Of a stretch of DNA of 64,000 nucleotides, positions 19,370 through 28,393 are shown piece by piece. This DNA comes from an uncultured virus (IMG/VR IMGVR_UViG_3300032087_003293). Its lineage: Duplodnaviria > Heunggongvirae > Uroviricota > Caudoviricetes. Location of the stretch: the IMG/VR virus record IMGVR_UViG_3300032087_003293. One strand, given 5' to 3'. How positions within the stretch are numbered: position 1 is the stretch's first letter; every line of letters starts with the position of its first letter. A model generated the notes under the pieces. It did no database searches, was not told where the DNA came from, and worked only from the letters and a program-made list of their open reading frames with translations. The translations under genes and the position numbers were made by a program.

Positions 19370-19442
19370 TGCTCCTTGTGAGGATCGAACTCACCTTAGC
19401 CGAATTATGAGTTCGGTGCATTCACCAGATTGCTAAAGGAGC
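19370..19442 (-). tRNA. tRNA with CAT anticodon (Met or Ile2)
   Basis: GCTCCTT/AAGGAGC acceptor, CCGAA-CTCATAA-TTCGG arm, TTCGATC T-loop. Confidence 0.9.
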
Positions 19443-19600
19443 AGTGGGATCAGGACCCCTGATTATGTGTATGATACCACTCAAGATACTCCTCGTCTAC
19501 TTCTTCCTGTGCCACTTCTTCATCTGTCTTTGTCTTGCCTTCAGTGCTCTCTACAACTTTTTCCATATTCACCAAAAGATAATTGTGCCCAGTGGGGCAA

Positions 19601-19674
19601 TCGGAACGAAAGGATTTGAACCTTCAACCGCTCGGTCCCAAACCGAGTGCTCTACCAAATTGAGCTACGTTCCG
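19601..19674 (-). tRNA. tRNA-Pro(TGG)
   Basis: CGGAACG/CGTTCCG acceptor, CTCGG-TTTGGGA-CCGAG arm. Confidence 0.95.
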
Positions 19675-20024
19675 TAATGTTCAATCTGATGGCAGTTTGC
19701 ACATAGAACCTCACACTTGTTCAGTTCTTCCATCACATTATCCCAAGACTTATGTCTGGCAATGACTGAGGGTGTTCCCTCTTTATTGTCATCTGTGTGG
19801 TGGAATTGTAGTGCCCTGTAATCATCATATCCACAACGATTACATTTCAGGGTCTTCTTATATTCCCTGAACTTTTCCATCCGATCTTGTGATTTATTTA
19901 TCTTCTGTTTTGAATAACAGGTTGTGCAGAGATGTCGATAGTATTGAACTCCCTTAACCATACTAGCTTTTGGATAATTAGTCAATAGGTGAACAGAACC
20001 ACACTCTCTACACTTTCTTTCCAT
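19665..20024 (-). CDS. Free-standing HNH endonuclease
   Basis: CxxC zinc motifs; CNRCG...ALQFHH...KCEVLCANCHQIEH. Confidence 0.85.
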   Translation of the reverse strand: MERKCRECGSVHLLTNYPKASMVKGVQYYRHLCTTCYSKQKINKSQDRMEKFREYKKTLKCNRCGYDDYRALQFHHTDDNKEGTPSVIARHKSWDNVMEELNKCEVLCANCHQIEHYGT

Positions 20025-20064
20025 TTGGGAACAACTTTATGCTTCCCAAATATTTATAAGAGTT

Positions 20065-20238
20065 TTAATCGTCCTCTTCTTCCTCATCATGATCATAAGT
20101 AAGACGACAATCCCAAAGATCTTCATCCCACTCTGGTTCATATAATGGGCAAGGTTCCTCAAAGAGATGCCCCATTCTTAATTGATGGATTCTCTCTCTG
20201 AGGGATTTATAAAACTCTCTTTTTTCGTCTGAGTTCAT
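20065..20238 (-). CDS. Hypothetical protein
   Basis: MNSDEKREFYKSLRERI...; TGATG-coupled. Confidence 0.6.
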   Translation of the reverse strand: MNSDEKREFYKSLRERIHQLRMGHLFEEPCPLYEPEWDEDLWDCRLTYDHDEEEEDD

Positions 20239-20402
20239 CAAAGTCGATATTCGTTTATAATGTCTAGAACTTGATTTAAAGTATAATGTGCTCCATTTAT
20301 CCAATCTTCACTTGCACCATCATATTTACCATCAAGAATATCATTTTTTAATTTGTAAACTCTTGCTTCTATATCAATCTTTGTCAATCTTCCTGTAGAC
20401 AT
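20238..20402 (-). CDS. Hypothetical 54-aa protein (absent from ORF track)
   Basis: MSTGRLTKIDIEARVYKLKNDILDGKY...; GGAGG ribosome-binding site; fills the gap exactly. Confidence 0.65.
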   Translation of the reverse strand: MSTGRLTKIDIEARVYKLKNDILDGKYDGASEDWINGAHYTLNQVLDIINEYRL

Positions 20403-20659
20403 TATTCCTCCAGTTGATCATTTAGATCATTTAGCATTTTCTTTCTAGACTCTGTGGCACCCTCTAGATATCCAAGTCTTTTTGCCCAAGTATCTCCTGC
20501 ATCAGATCCTTTCTTTGGATTTATGCAAGTATCATCTCCCAGTTTGTTGCACACTAGACCAGCAAGATCATCTTCATTTCCCTTCTTACCTGTTGCCCAG
20601 TAATGTTCTCCATTGATCCAGGTTGCTCCACATTTTGGGCAGGTCTTAGTGCTTTCCAT
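20402..20659 (-). CDS. Hypothetical Cys-containing protein
   Basis: CPKCGATW...LAGLVCN...CINP. Confidence 0.7.
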   Translation of the reverse strand: MESTKTCPKCGATWINGEHYWATGKKGNEDDLAGLVCNKLGDDTCINPKKGSDAGDTWAKRLGYLEGATESRKKMLNDLNDQLEE

Positions 20660-20855
20660 TGAAATCGCTCCAGTCTTTTGGTGGTAGGTTTAATTCTTTT
20701 TCTAGTTTTTTCTTTAGGAACCACATTCGTACTTTAACGATTTCATATCTCATTGATATGTCAATAAATCGGATCAACCTTAAAGTTGATTCGTATCCCC
20801 CAATTGCAACTAATGCAATAAAAACTATTAGAATTAGGTATGTTGAACTATACAC
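20646..20855 (-). CDS. Small membrane protein
   Basis: N-terminal hydrophobic segment. Confidence 0.6.
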   Translation of the reverse strand: MYSSTYLILIVFIALVAIGGYESTLRLIRFIDISMRYEIVKVRMWFLKKKLEKELNLPPKDWSDFNGKH

Positions 20856-21103
20856 TATCTAACCTCAAAGTCAAGTTTACGAACCTTTCTCTTTCTGCGG
20901 TTCTCCTGATATTCTAAGTCATACTTTGATAGTTTGCTGGTATTTTTAATACCAGTTTCAGACTTTGTTATTAAAACGTTACCCAAATCATTTGCAGCAA
21001 CTTTATCATCCTTCAGAACCATTTGATTCTGGCACCCGCAGCACTGAGTCTTGCTCGTACTGGTCAATTCTACATTGCAAATTTTGCATCTGACAGATAA
21101 CAT
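20855..21103 (-). CDS. Zinc-ribbon hypothetical protein
   Basis: CKIC...CCGC motif. Confidence 0.7.
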   Translation of the reverse strand: MLSVRCKICNVELTSTSKTQCCGCQNQMVLKDDKVAANDLGNVLITKSETGIKNTSKLSKYDLEYQENRRKRKVRKLDFEVR

Positions 21104-21203
21104 GATTCAACATCTCCTTAATCTGATCCAACTCCTCATGAATATCTTGGTGATGAAACCTCAGAGGTTTTTGAATGAGTTTCTTCAACTTTCTTTTCTT
21201 CAT
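21006..21203 (-). CDS. Hypothetical protein
   Basis: MKKRKLKKLIQKPLRFHHQDIHEEL; overlaps the next gene. Confidence 0.45.
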   Translation of the reverse strand: MKKRKLKKLIQKPLRFHHQDIHEELDQIKEMLNHVICQMQNLQCRIDQYEQDSVLRVPESNGSEG

Positions 21204-21248
21204 GACTAAGTTACTATTTATCAGAAAAAGTCTAAAATCTTTATTAAG

Positions 21249-21320
21249 AGCGGAATAGGGGATTTGAACCCCTGACATTCAGCTTGGAAGGCTGACGTTC
21301 TACCACTGAACTAATTCCGC
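21249..21320 (-). tRNA. tRNA-Gly(TCC)
   Basis: GCGGAAT/ATTCCGC acceptor, TCAGC-CTTCCAA-GCTGA arm. Confidence 0.95.
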
Positions 21321-21324
21321 AAGG

Positions 21325-21397
21325 AGCCTCTGACAGGACTTGAACCTGCGACCTGATCTTTACAAAAGACCTGCTCTACCAGCTGAGCTACGGAGGC
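21325..21397 (-). tRNA. tRNA-Thr(TGT)
   Basis: GGTCT-TTTGTAA-AGATC arm, GGTTCAAGTCC. Confidence 0.93.
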
Positions 21398-21406
21398 AAT
21401 AATAAT

Positions 21407-21533
21407 ACGTCAGTGCTATCCTGCAGAATAGCACTGACGGGCTCAAGAGGGATCCCACCTCTCTCTCACATGGGTTGATTTTCCGATTCTTTTTTTCTCT
21501 CGGAGATGTGAGCACGGATGTATTCCAGTCCGT
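21407..21533 (-). ncRNA. Unassigned structured RNA between tRNA-Asn and tRNA-Thr
   Basis: Several perfect stems in a non-coding spacer (see findings). Confidence 0.5.
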
Positions 21534-21535
21534 TA

Positions 21536-21607
21536 CTCCCAAGGCAGGATTTGAACCTGCGACCGAGTGATTAACAGTCACCTGCTCTGCCACTGAGCTA
21601 CTTGGGA
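21536..21607 (-). tRNA. tRNA-Asn(GTT)
   Basis: TCCCAAG/CTTGGGA acceptor, GTGA-CTGTTAA-TCAC arm. Confidence 0.95.
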
Positions 21608-21819
21608 TTGTTTTCTTCTTTCTTTGTTTTGAAGTAGAGTTTATAATATCTCTTCTTCATTTCTTCGATAGTATTCATATCTTCTTCAAATCCCATATAC
21701 TTGAGATGTTGGTAAGTACCTTCCATCTCACTTATGAGTAGAAGAAGATTTATTGATGAAGCAGGTCGTCCACCAAATTCATAACTATCAAGTTTGTCCA
21801 TAAGAAAAACTAGCACCAA
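21598..21819 (-). CDS. Hypothetical protein
   Basis: YEFGG...LLLLISEMEGTYQHLKYMGFEED; start may be MDKLD; stop lies inside tRNA-Asn. Confidence 0.65.
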   Translation of the reverse strand: MVLVFLMDKLDSYEFGGRPASSINLLLLISEMEGTYQHLKYMGFEEDMNTIEEMKKRYYKLYFKTKKEENNPK

Positions 21820-22337
21820 TCTGATTTATATTTTTCAAATCGTGCTATTTGTTTATCTACAAAATCAGAATACTTAACTTTGAACTCTGCAATCCATTCA
21901 TCTCTACTAATACGATCTCGGAGAATAACTTTTCCTTCGGAAGTTCGTTTGGGTTGTAGAAGACCACGACCCTGGTTAGAGATTTCATAAACTACTTCTT
22001 CAATATAAACTTCTTTAGTTGACATTAAAGTAAGAAGTCCATCTTCATTCTTATATTCAATAAACAAGAATTTAAGATTATTGTTTGGATCTCTCAACCA
22101 TTGGTTGACTTCGGCAGTGCAAAGACGACCTTTGTTTTGTTGAGAGAGAAGGTTATCAGTTTTTACATTGAGACCTTCTGTTTTAGAAACCCATACATCA
22201 GCATACTTTTCTCTTTTAGATTTTTGTTCATAACTAAAATAGTTTTGAACTTCTGCTTGGATAAACTCTGCTGCTTCTGCATTTGGAGTAATCTGATAGG
22301 TTTCTTGAAGATTGTAAGGAAGCATTTGATTTTGCAA
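21810..22337 (-). CDS. Putative PD-(D/E)xK-like nuclease
   Basis: E-rich helix then YADVWV...GLNVKT, similar to a restriction-enzyme D...(E/N)xK core. Confidence 0.4.
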   Translation of the reverse strand: MQNQMLPYNLQETYQITPNAEAAEFIQAEVQNYFSYEQKSKREKYADVWVSKTEGLNVKTDNLLSQQNKGRLCTAEVNQWLRDPNNNLKFLFIEYKNEDGLLTLMSTKEVYIEEVVYEISNQGRGLLQPKRTSEGKVILRDRISRDEWIAEFKVKYSDFVDKQIARFEKYKSDWC

Positions 22338-22360
22338 ATATGGGAAGAATTACTTCCCGA

Positions 22361-22434
<74 letters not shown>

Positions 22435-22443
22435 AATAAAAGA

Positions 22444-22472
22444 ATTATAGACTGTTTAATCTATTTTGTCAA
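22444..22472 (-). promoter_or_regulatory. Consensus sigma70 promoter for tRNA-Arg
   Basis: TTGACA-17 nt-TATAAT ending 10 nt before the tRNA. Confidence 0.85.
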
Positions 22473-22644
22473 GGTAGAGGAGATCAATTTCGTCTGCATC
22501 TAACCACTCTCGGAACTCCATGGCAATTGATGCAGCATCTTCCCATTCAAGTTCTTCATTCATCAAACGTTCTTTAGACCATTCAATAATTTCACAAACT
22601 GAATCGATTACTTGGTCTTCCATGCTTGCCTCGTTGACTCCCAT
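22456..22644 (-). CDS. Acidic hypothetical protein
   Basis: 62 aa ORF on the coding strand. Confidence 0.6.
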   Translation of the reverse strand: MGVNEASMEDQVIDSVCEIIEWSKERLMNEELEWEDAASIAMEFREWLDADEIDLLYLDKID

Positions 22645-22647
22645 ATA

Positions 22648-23361
22648 TTACCACTCCTTCACCCCCTCGTCAAGTATGTAGGACAGTCTCATCATGATTC
22701 TTGGACTCTCTCTTGTGTAATATTTATCAATGATTGGTTGATGAAATGATATGGAGTTATAAAAGATTGCCTCATTAAATCCATATTCAACATTGAAAAC
22801 ATTATCTAATATTCCATTATTAATTTTCTCATGATAATTATCGTAATTTATAGTATTACAATACTCATTGTATTCGTCAGCAAATTTCTCAGTATCTTCT
22901 GTCAGTTTTCCTTTAAACTCCCAGAATCCAGTTTTAACTGGTCTTTTATTTAAGTTTACCAATCCAATTAAATTGATCTGGTCACGTTTATCACCAGGAT
23001 CTGTATGCGGAAGATTGCAATTATTTGTCCTAAGATCATGCAGATTTGCATCTAATCCAGTGTTGTTATAATAGAAGTAATAAAATTCAATCTCAGTTCT
23101 AAATTCGTCAAACTTTTGCTCTAAATTTAATACATTGGTAGCAATTTCTGTTCCTGTCCAATAAGGAAGTTTCATTGACTGAATACCTGGTTTGGCGCAG
23201 TGACATGATTCCCATTTTCCAAGGAGAGATTGAAATTTAAGCATCTTTTCTGGATGCTTAAAAATATTTTTTACACGGACTACATGGTTGTTATAATCAG
23301 ATACTTCACAATCTGGATTGTGTTCTGAACAATACTTATATAACTTATCAAGTGTCTCCAT
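22648..23361 (-). CDS. Putative 2OG-Fe(II)-type oxygenase
   Basis: LPHTD...LVNLN...TGFW...FNEAIFYNSISFHQP...R. Confidence 0.6.
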   Translation of the reverse strand: METLDKLYKYCSEHNPDCEVSDYNNHVVRVKNIFKHPEKMLKFQSLLGKWESCHCAKPGIQSMKLPYWTGTEIATNVLNLEQKFDEFRTEIEFYYFYYNNTGLDANLHDLRTNNCNLPHTDPGDKRDQINLIGLVNLNKRPVKTGFWEFKGKLTEDTEKFADEYNEYCNTINYDNYHEKINNGILDNVFNVEYGFNEAIFYNSISFHQPIIDKYYTRESPRIMMRLSYILDEGVKEW

Positions 23362-23776
23362 AATAATCTTTTCTAAAGTAACGACTTAAAATATTACTAT
23401 TGTAGTATGCTGGTTCTCCGTTAAGAGATTCTGTGAGAACATTGTTAAGAAACAATTGACGTGTCTCTTCAAAGTTTGTTCTTCCTTTTGTTTTATGTAA
23501 GGATAATATTTCTCTCTTAAATTTATCCTTACCTAACTTTTCTATGTCCTCTTTCAGTTCTGGACATGATCCGTAATACCGCTTCCAATCACTCTCCTGT
23601 TTGACTTTTCGTTTCTTTCCTTTTGGGGTTCTAAACGACCAAAAATACTTTCTCCCAATGTACTGTCGTTGGTTTGTGAGATTGGTAATGAGATAAACAA
23701 AACCAAAGTTGTCCAGAACATCATCAGAAGTAAAAGGTCTCTCCAAATAGGTCCACGGGTTTTCATAATCGACCAT
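23348..23776 (-). CDS. GIY-YIG endonuclease (T4 endonuclease II-like)
   Basis: GFVYLITN...YIGRK, YYGS, FKREIL, YYNSNI. Confidence 0.85.
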   Translation of the reverse strand: MVDYENPWTYLERPFTSDDVLDNFGFVYLITNLTNQRQYIGRKYFWSFRTPKGKKRKVKQESDWKRYYGSCPELKEDIEKLGKDKFKREILSLHKTKGRTNFEETRQLFLNNVLTESLNGEPAYYNSNILSRYFRKDYYGDT

Positions 23777-23822
23777 TCATATATGCCATAGTCTAGCATA
23801 TTTAGACAAAAAAAGAAGGACC

Positions 23823-23972
23823 TTAGTCCTTCTTGACTTTAAGTTTTAAAAGGTTATATCTCAAAACTTCATGAGGCAACCAAGGTTGTGGTCCATATCT
23901 AAGTAATCTCAGATCTTCATCAGACAATTCTGTATTAGTGTCTGCCATTAATTTAATTGCCCACTGTTCCAT
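23823..23972 (-). CDS. Hypothetical 49-aa protein (absent from ORF track)
   Basis: MEQWAIKLMADTNTELSDEDLRLLRYGPQPW...; coupled to the nrdB stop; followed by hairpin and T run. Confidence 0.55.
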   Translation of the reverse strand: MEQWAIKLMADTNTELSDEDLRLLRYGPQPWLPHEVLRYNLLKLKVKKD

Positions 23973-25150
23973 CATAGTTTAAATCCTGAGAACGTATCTG
24001 CCTTGACATCTTGCTTGATGCCACCTACCACATAAGACTCAACTTCCGTCTCTTGTGGTGCCACCTGGAGTCCTTTGGAGGAGATCCAGTGCTCGGTCCA
24101 TGGTAGTGGATTTGCTTTGGCAGCAATATCATACACAGGTTTGAGACCAATGGACTTCATGCGACGATTTGCAACCCACTCAACATAATTCTTGAGTAGT
24201 TTATCATTTAGACCAATCATAGAACCATCTTTGAACAGATACTCTGCCCATTTCTTTTCTTCATTGACTGCATTGTCAAACAAAGCATAAGTCCATTCTT
24301 CTTCTTCCTTAGCAATCTCTTTCATCTCTGGATCATCTCCAGACTTCCACTTGTTCAAAATATTTTGAGTAATTGCTAAATGCTGATTTTCGTCTCTTGC
24401 GATGAGAGATACGATTTTTGCACTGCCTTCCATGAGTTTGAGTTCACCAAAGGCGAAAGAACAAGCAAAACTAACGTAGAACCGAATACCCTCAAGAACA
24501 TTAACGTTTGCAACTGCTCTGTAGAGTTTACGTTTGACATCTTTAATTGCTTCCTGCGATGTGTAAGTATCACGATAGTCTTCCTTCCACATGTTGCCAT
24601 TGCCCCATGTTTGAGCACTATTGATGAAATCATCATATGCCTGTGTAACACTCCTAGAACGTTCTAGAATGCGTTCATCAGTGACGATCTTATCAAATAC
24701 CTCTGAAGGATCAGAATAGACATTCTTAATGATGTAAGTATAGGAACGACTATGGATCATCTCCATAAATCCCCAGACTTCCATACATGCTTCTAACTCG
24801 GGTAGACTGCAATAAGGTATAAAAGCCATCCCAGGACCACGCCCTTGTACGGAGTCAAGCATAATCTGATACTTGAGGTTACTTGTATAGATATGCTTTT
24901 GTTCAGGACGAAGTGTTTGATAATCCCCACGATCTTTCTGTAATGAAACTTCTTCTGGTCTCCAGAAATACCCAAGTTGTTGGGTAGTTAATTTGTCAAA
25001 AATAGGATACTTGTATGAATCATATCTTTGTACACCAAGTGGTTTACCAAAAAACATTGGTTGCTTTTTGGTATCCACATTTTCCGTATTGAATACGGTC
25101 ATTCCATCAATCTGCTTTTCTTCTGAAAGTTTAAACTGCACAGGATTCAC
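23972..25150 (-). CDS. nrdB: Ribonucleotide reductase class Ia beta subunit
   Basis: FWRPEEV, EMIHSRSY, LEGIRFYVSF, RDENQH, VAPQETE. Confidence 0.97.
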   Translation of the reverse strand: MNPVQFKLSEEKQIDGMTVFNTENVDTKKQPMFFGKPLGVQRYDSYKYPIFDKLTTQQLGYFWRPEEVSLQKDRGDYQTLRPEQKHIYTSNLKYQIMLDSVQGRGPGMAFIPYCSLPELEACMEVWGFMEMIHSRSYTYIIKNVYSDPSEVFDKIVTDERILERSRSVTQAYDDFINSAQTWGNGNMWKEDYRDTYTSQEAIKDVKRKLYRAVANVNVLEGIRFYVSFACSFAFGELKLMEGSAKIVSLIARDENQHLAITQNILNKWKSGDDPEMKEIAKEEEEWTYALFDNAVNEEKKWAEYLFKDGSMIGLNDKLLKNYVEWVANRRMKSIGLKPVYDIAAKANPLPWTEHWISSKGLQVAPQETEVESYVVGGIKQDVKADTFSGFKL

Positions 25151-27428
25151 ACTCTCCCTCCTCGGCTTGACTTAATTCTGCTACTAGTGCATCTAGTTGT
25201 GATTGCTTATCATCTAGAACCTCATCGGTCTTGTTATCATAAGTGTTCTGATAATATGATGTTTTCCACCCGTACTTATATGTAGTTAATAGATCATTTG
25301 CCATGACCGAAACTGGCACTTCATTATTGGGATAATTCTCTGGATTGTAACTCCAGTTACCAGATATGGCTTGATCAAAGAACTTTTGCATGACAGACAC
25401 TACATTTATGTAACCTTTATTGTCAGGCATTTCCCACAATAGAGTGTAGTTGTTCTTCAGGGAATTATACTGCGGAACAATCTGCTTAAGGGGTCCTTTT
25501 TTAGATTTCTTAACGGACAAGAAGTCACGGGGTGGTTCGATTCCATTGGTTGCGTTTGACACAACGGAACTGCTCTCTGATGGCATTTGTGCGGACAATG
25601 TACTGTGTCGTAGTCCGAACTCTTTGATAGAATTCCGTAGAGAATCCCAATCATGTACTAACTCCTGAGTGGTAATCTCATCGACATCCTTCTTGTATGT
25701 ATCGATAGGAAGAATACCATCAGCATACTTAGTACGATGGAAATAATCGCAAGCACCCTTCTCTTTTGCAATCTCATTTGATGCTTTGAGAAGATAATAC
25801 TGGAATGACTCAGTTAAACCATGAACTGCATCCCATGCCTCTTGATCACCATAGTTAAATCCAAGTTTGGCAAGATAGTGGGCAAGACCAATAAAACCAA
25901 TTCCAAGGGACCTACGTGCCTTTGTAGCAACCTCTGCGGCAATGATAGGATACTTCTGATAGTCAATGAGTTCTTCTAGACCACGGACAGAAAGATCACA
26001 AAGATTCTCTAGTTCAACATCAGATTTAACTTTGCCAACATTAATAGCAGAAAGGATGCATAGAGCAATCTCACCTTCCTTATCAATGTGCTGAAGTGGT
26101 TTCGTTGGGAGAGTAATCTCTTGGCAAAGGTTACTCATATAAACCTTATCTTTGAAAGAAGAGTGCTCATTACAGTGATCAATGTTCATGATGTAAACAC
26201 GACCAGTCTCGGCACGTTCTTTTAGAAGATCCAAAAAGAGTTCTTGAGCTCGGATAGTCTTTCTTGGAACAGACTCAGTTCGTTCATAAGCCACATACAA
26301 CTCGTCAAATCCATCAAGACCAAAAGCATCATACAGACCTGGAACGTCGTGAGGAGAGAATAGTGAGATTTCTCTGTCTTGAATGAATCGTTCATAGAAG
26401 AGTTTGCTTACTTGAATAGAATAATCTAGTTTACGAACACGGTTATCTTCGGTTCCTTTGTTGTTCTTAAGAACTAGAATATCTTCTATTTCTTGGTGCC
26501 AGATAGGAAAGTGAACTGTAGCAGAACCACCTCGGATACCGTTTTGTGTGCAGCATCGTACAGTTGATTCAAACTTTTTAAGGAAGGGGACCACGCCTGT
26601 GTGTTGTACCTCTCCACCTCGGATCTTACTGTTGATGCCACGGATTCTGCCTGCGTTGATGCCGATACCAGCCCTCTGTGCAACGTATCGGCCAATAGCC
26701 ATATCACTGCTAAAGATACTATCGAGGGTGTCATCAACATCAACGAGAACGCAAGATGCAAATTGACGAAGTGGTGTCCGCACTCCCGCCATGATTGGTG
26801 TTGGGATGTTGATCTTGTGCTTTGAGATTGCGTCATAATACCTCTTGACATAAGAGAGTCGTGTCTCTTTAGGATACTCAGCAAAGATAGTAAGTGCAAT
26901 CAACACGTACATAAACTGTGGTGTTTCGTATACGTCACCACTGCTTCTATCCTGTACAAGATATTTATCTACAACTTGCCGCAATCCAGCATATGTAAAG
27001 AGATAGTCACGATCGTGATAGATGAAAGTATTTACCTTCTCAAGTTCTTCAGTAGTATACTTCTCTAAAATTTCTTTATCATAAACATTATTTGAAATTC
27101 CAAATTCAATCTGCTCAAGCAGACTTGGATCCCTCTTAAACCTAACTGCTAGATTCTTCCTAAGTGCAAAGAGAAGTAGTCGTGCAGCAACATATTGATA
27201 ATTTGGATGCTCCAAATCAATAAGGTCAGAAGCAGAACGAATCAGAATTTCTTGAATCTCTGATGTCGAAATTCCATCATAAAACTGAATGCCAGATTGA
27301 ATCTCAACCTGACTTGCAGAGACTCCCGAGAGACCCTCACAAGCAGCCTCAACCATCTTATGCATCTTCTCAAGATCAATTGGTTCAACAGAACCACTTC
27401 TCTTTTGTACTTTAATTCCGTTACTCAT
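25131..27428 (-). CDS. nrdA: Ribonucleotide reductase class Ia alpha subunit
   Basis: ATP cone, PTPIMAG, QFASCVL, SNLCQEI, MPSESSS, C-terminal CESC. Confidence 0.98.
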   Translation of the reverse strand: MSNGIKVQKRSGSVEPIDLEKMHKMVEAACEGLSGVSASQVEIQSGIQFYDGISTSEIQEILIRSASDLIDLEHPNYQYVAARLLLFALRKNLAVRFKRDPSLLEQIEFGISNNVYDKEILEKYTTEELEKVNTFIYHDRDYLFTYAGLRQVVDKYLVQDRSSGDVYETPQFMYVLIALTIFAEYPKETRLSYVKRYYDAISKHKINIPTPIMAGVRTPLRQFASCVLVDVDDTLDSIFSSDMAIGRYVAQRAGIGINAGRIRGINSKIRGGEVQHTGVVPFLKKFESTVRCCTQNGIRGGSATVHFPIWHQEIEDILVLKNNKGTEDNRVRKLDYSIQVSKLFYERFIQDREISLFSPHDVPGLYDAFGLDGFDELYVAYERTESVPRKTIRAQELFLDLLKERAETGRVYIMNIDHCNEHSSFKDKVYMSNLCQEITLPTKPLQHIDKEGEIALCILSAINVGKVKSDVELENLCDLSVRGLEELIDYQKYPIIAAEVATKARRSLGIGFIGLAHYLAKLGFNYGDQEAWDAVHGLTESFQYYLLKASNEIAKEKGACDYFHRTKYADGILPIDTYKKDVDEITTQELVHDWDSLRNSIKEFGLRHSTLSAQMPSESSSVVSNATNGIEPPRDFLSVKKSKKGPLKQIVPQYNSLKNNYTLLWEMPDNKGYINVVSVMQKFFDQAISGNWSYNPENYPNNEVPVSVMANDLLTTYKYGWKTSYYQNTYDNKTDEVLDDKQSQLDALVAELSQAEEGECESCAV

Positions 27429-28393
27429 ATTTTCTTCCAGGTGGTAAATTTAAGTTTTGCTTCTAAACCAGAGTAAGTATTTAATTCTATCAGATTTTGG
27501 ACATCATGTCCAGCAAGGACCATATCATTTATGTCCTTTTCCCTAATGTGCGATGGCCAAATAACTAAGGAGTCCCCACTATCGATTGTCTTATTAATTC
27601 GGTTGAGGATCTCTCTATTACGTGGTTCGTTGTCATAGATCCAAACAGGATTGCCAATCCCCCAATTACTGATATCAAGATCAGCTCCACACATAGCAAT
27701 CGAGTTTGAAATAAATGTGCTGTCGAAAGGTCCTTCTGTAATGTAGACTCTAGTGTCTTTTCTGATGTTATCAAGTCCATATATCTTCGGTGCTCCCTCC
27801 TTAAGCATTACAGTAATATATTTAATAGATTTGGAATTTAGACTTCTGCCTTGGAATCCGATGAGATCTTTGTCGCAATATAACGGGATGATGATTCTAG
27901 GCTCTTTACCCATATACCCGTAATCCACACCCTCAAACGTTCGCACAAACTCATCAAAGTTTTCTGCATAATAAAATTTGGTGGGATCGATCTTACGATT
28001 TTGAAGATAGGTTCTAGCAACTTCCACCTCACTGCATAGAGGAAGAACGATCCTCTGTGCAAACTTAGGTTTCTCAAAAACAAATTCAGGTTCATCTACT
28101 ACAAAATTACGACCAGTGTGACCGTCTTTAAATTTATCTAGACAATACTCCCGATGAAGGTTTGTGTCTAGATGCTTCAAGAAATTATTGAGAGACAAAC
28201 TTGCCCCACAATTATGACACTTGAAGTTGGTATTATTTTTTACAGAATAAAGATAACCCCTTGCTTTGTTCTTATTCTTTTGCGAATCCCCACAAATTGG
28301 GCATCTGAAGTTATAAAGATTATTCTTTACTCTTTTAAATTTTTGTAATCTGGCAGAAACTAGATTTACATATTTAGTATCAATTAGATCCAT
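27425..28393 (-). CDS. gp61: DNA primase (T4 gp61)
   Basis: CPICGDS...CHNC zinc finger; TEGPFDS and KDINDM TOPRIM motifs. Confidence 0.95.
   Translation of the reverse strand: MDLIDTKYVNLVSARLQKFKRVKNNLYNFRCPICGDSQKNKNKARGYLYSVKNNTNFKCHNCGASLSLNNFLKHLDTNLHREYCLDKFKDGHTGRNFVVDEPEFVFEKPKFAQRIVLPLCSEVEVARTYLQNRKIDPTKFYYAENFDEFVRTFEGVDYGYMGKEPRIIIPLYCDKDLIGFQGRSLNSKSIKYITVMLKEGAPKIYGLDNIRKDTRVYITEGPFDSTFISNSIAMCGADLDISNWGIGNPVWIYDNEPRNREILNRINKTIDSGDSLVIWPSHIREKDINDMVLAGHDVQNLIELNTYSGLEAKLKFTTWKKI

Noticed and set aside
19495..19570. ~23-codon ORF between tRNA-Pro and tRNA-CAT
   Set aside because: Too short, with no clear ribosome-binding site or motif
21360..21593. 77-aa ORF across the tRNA cluster
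   Set aside because: It is a translation of tRNA-Asn, the spacer and tRNA-Thr
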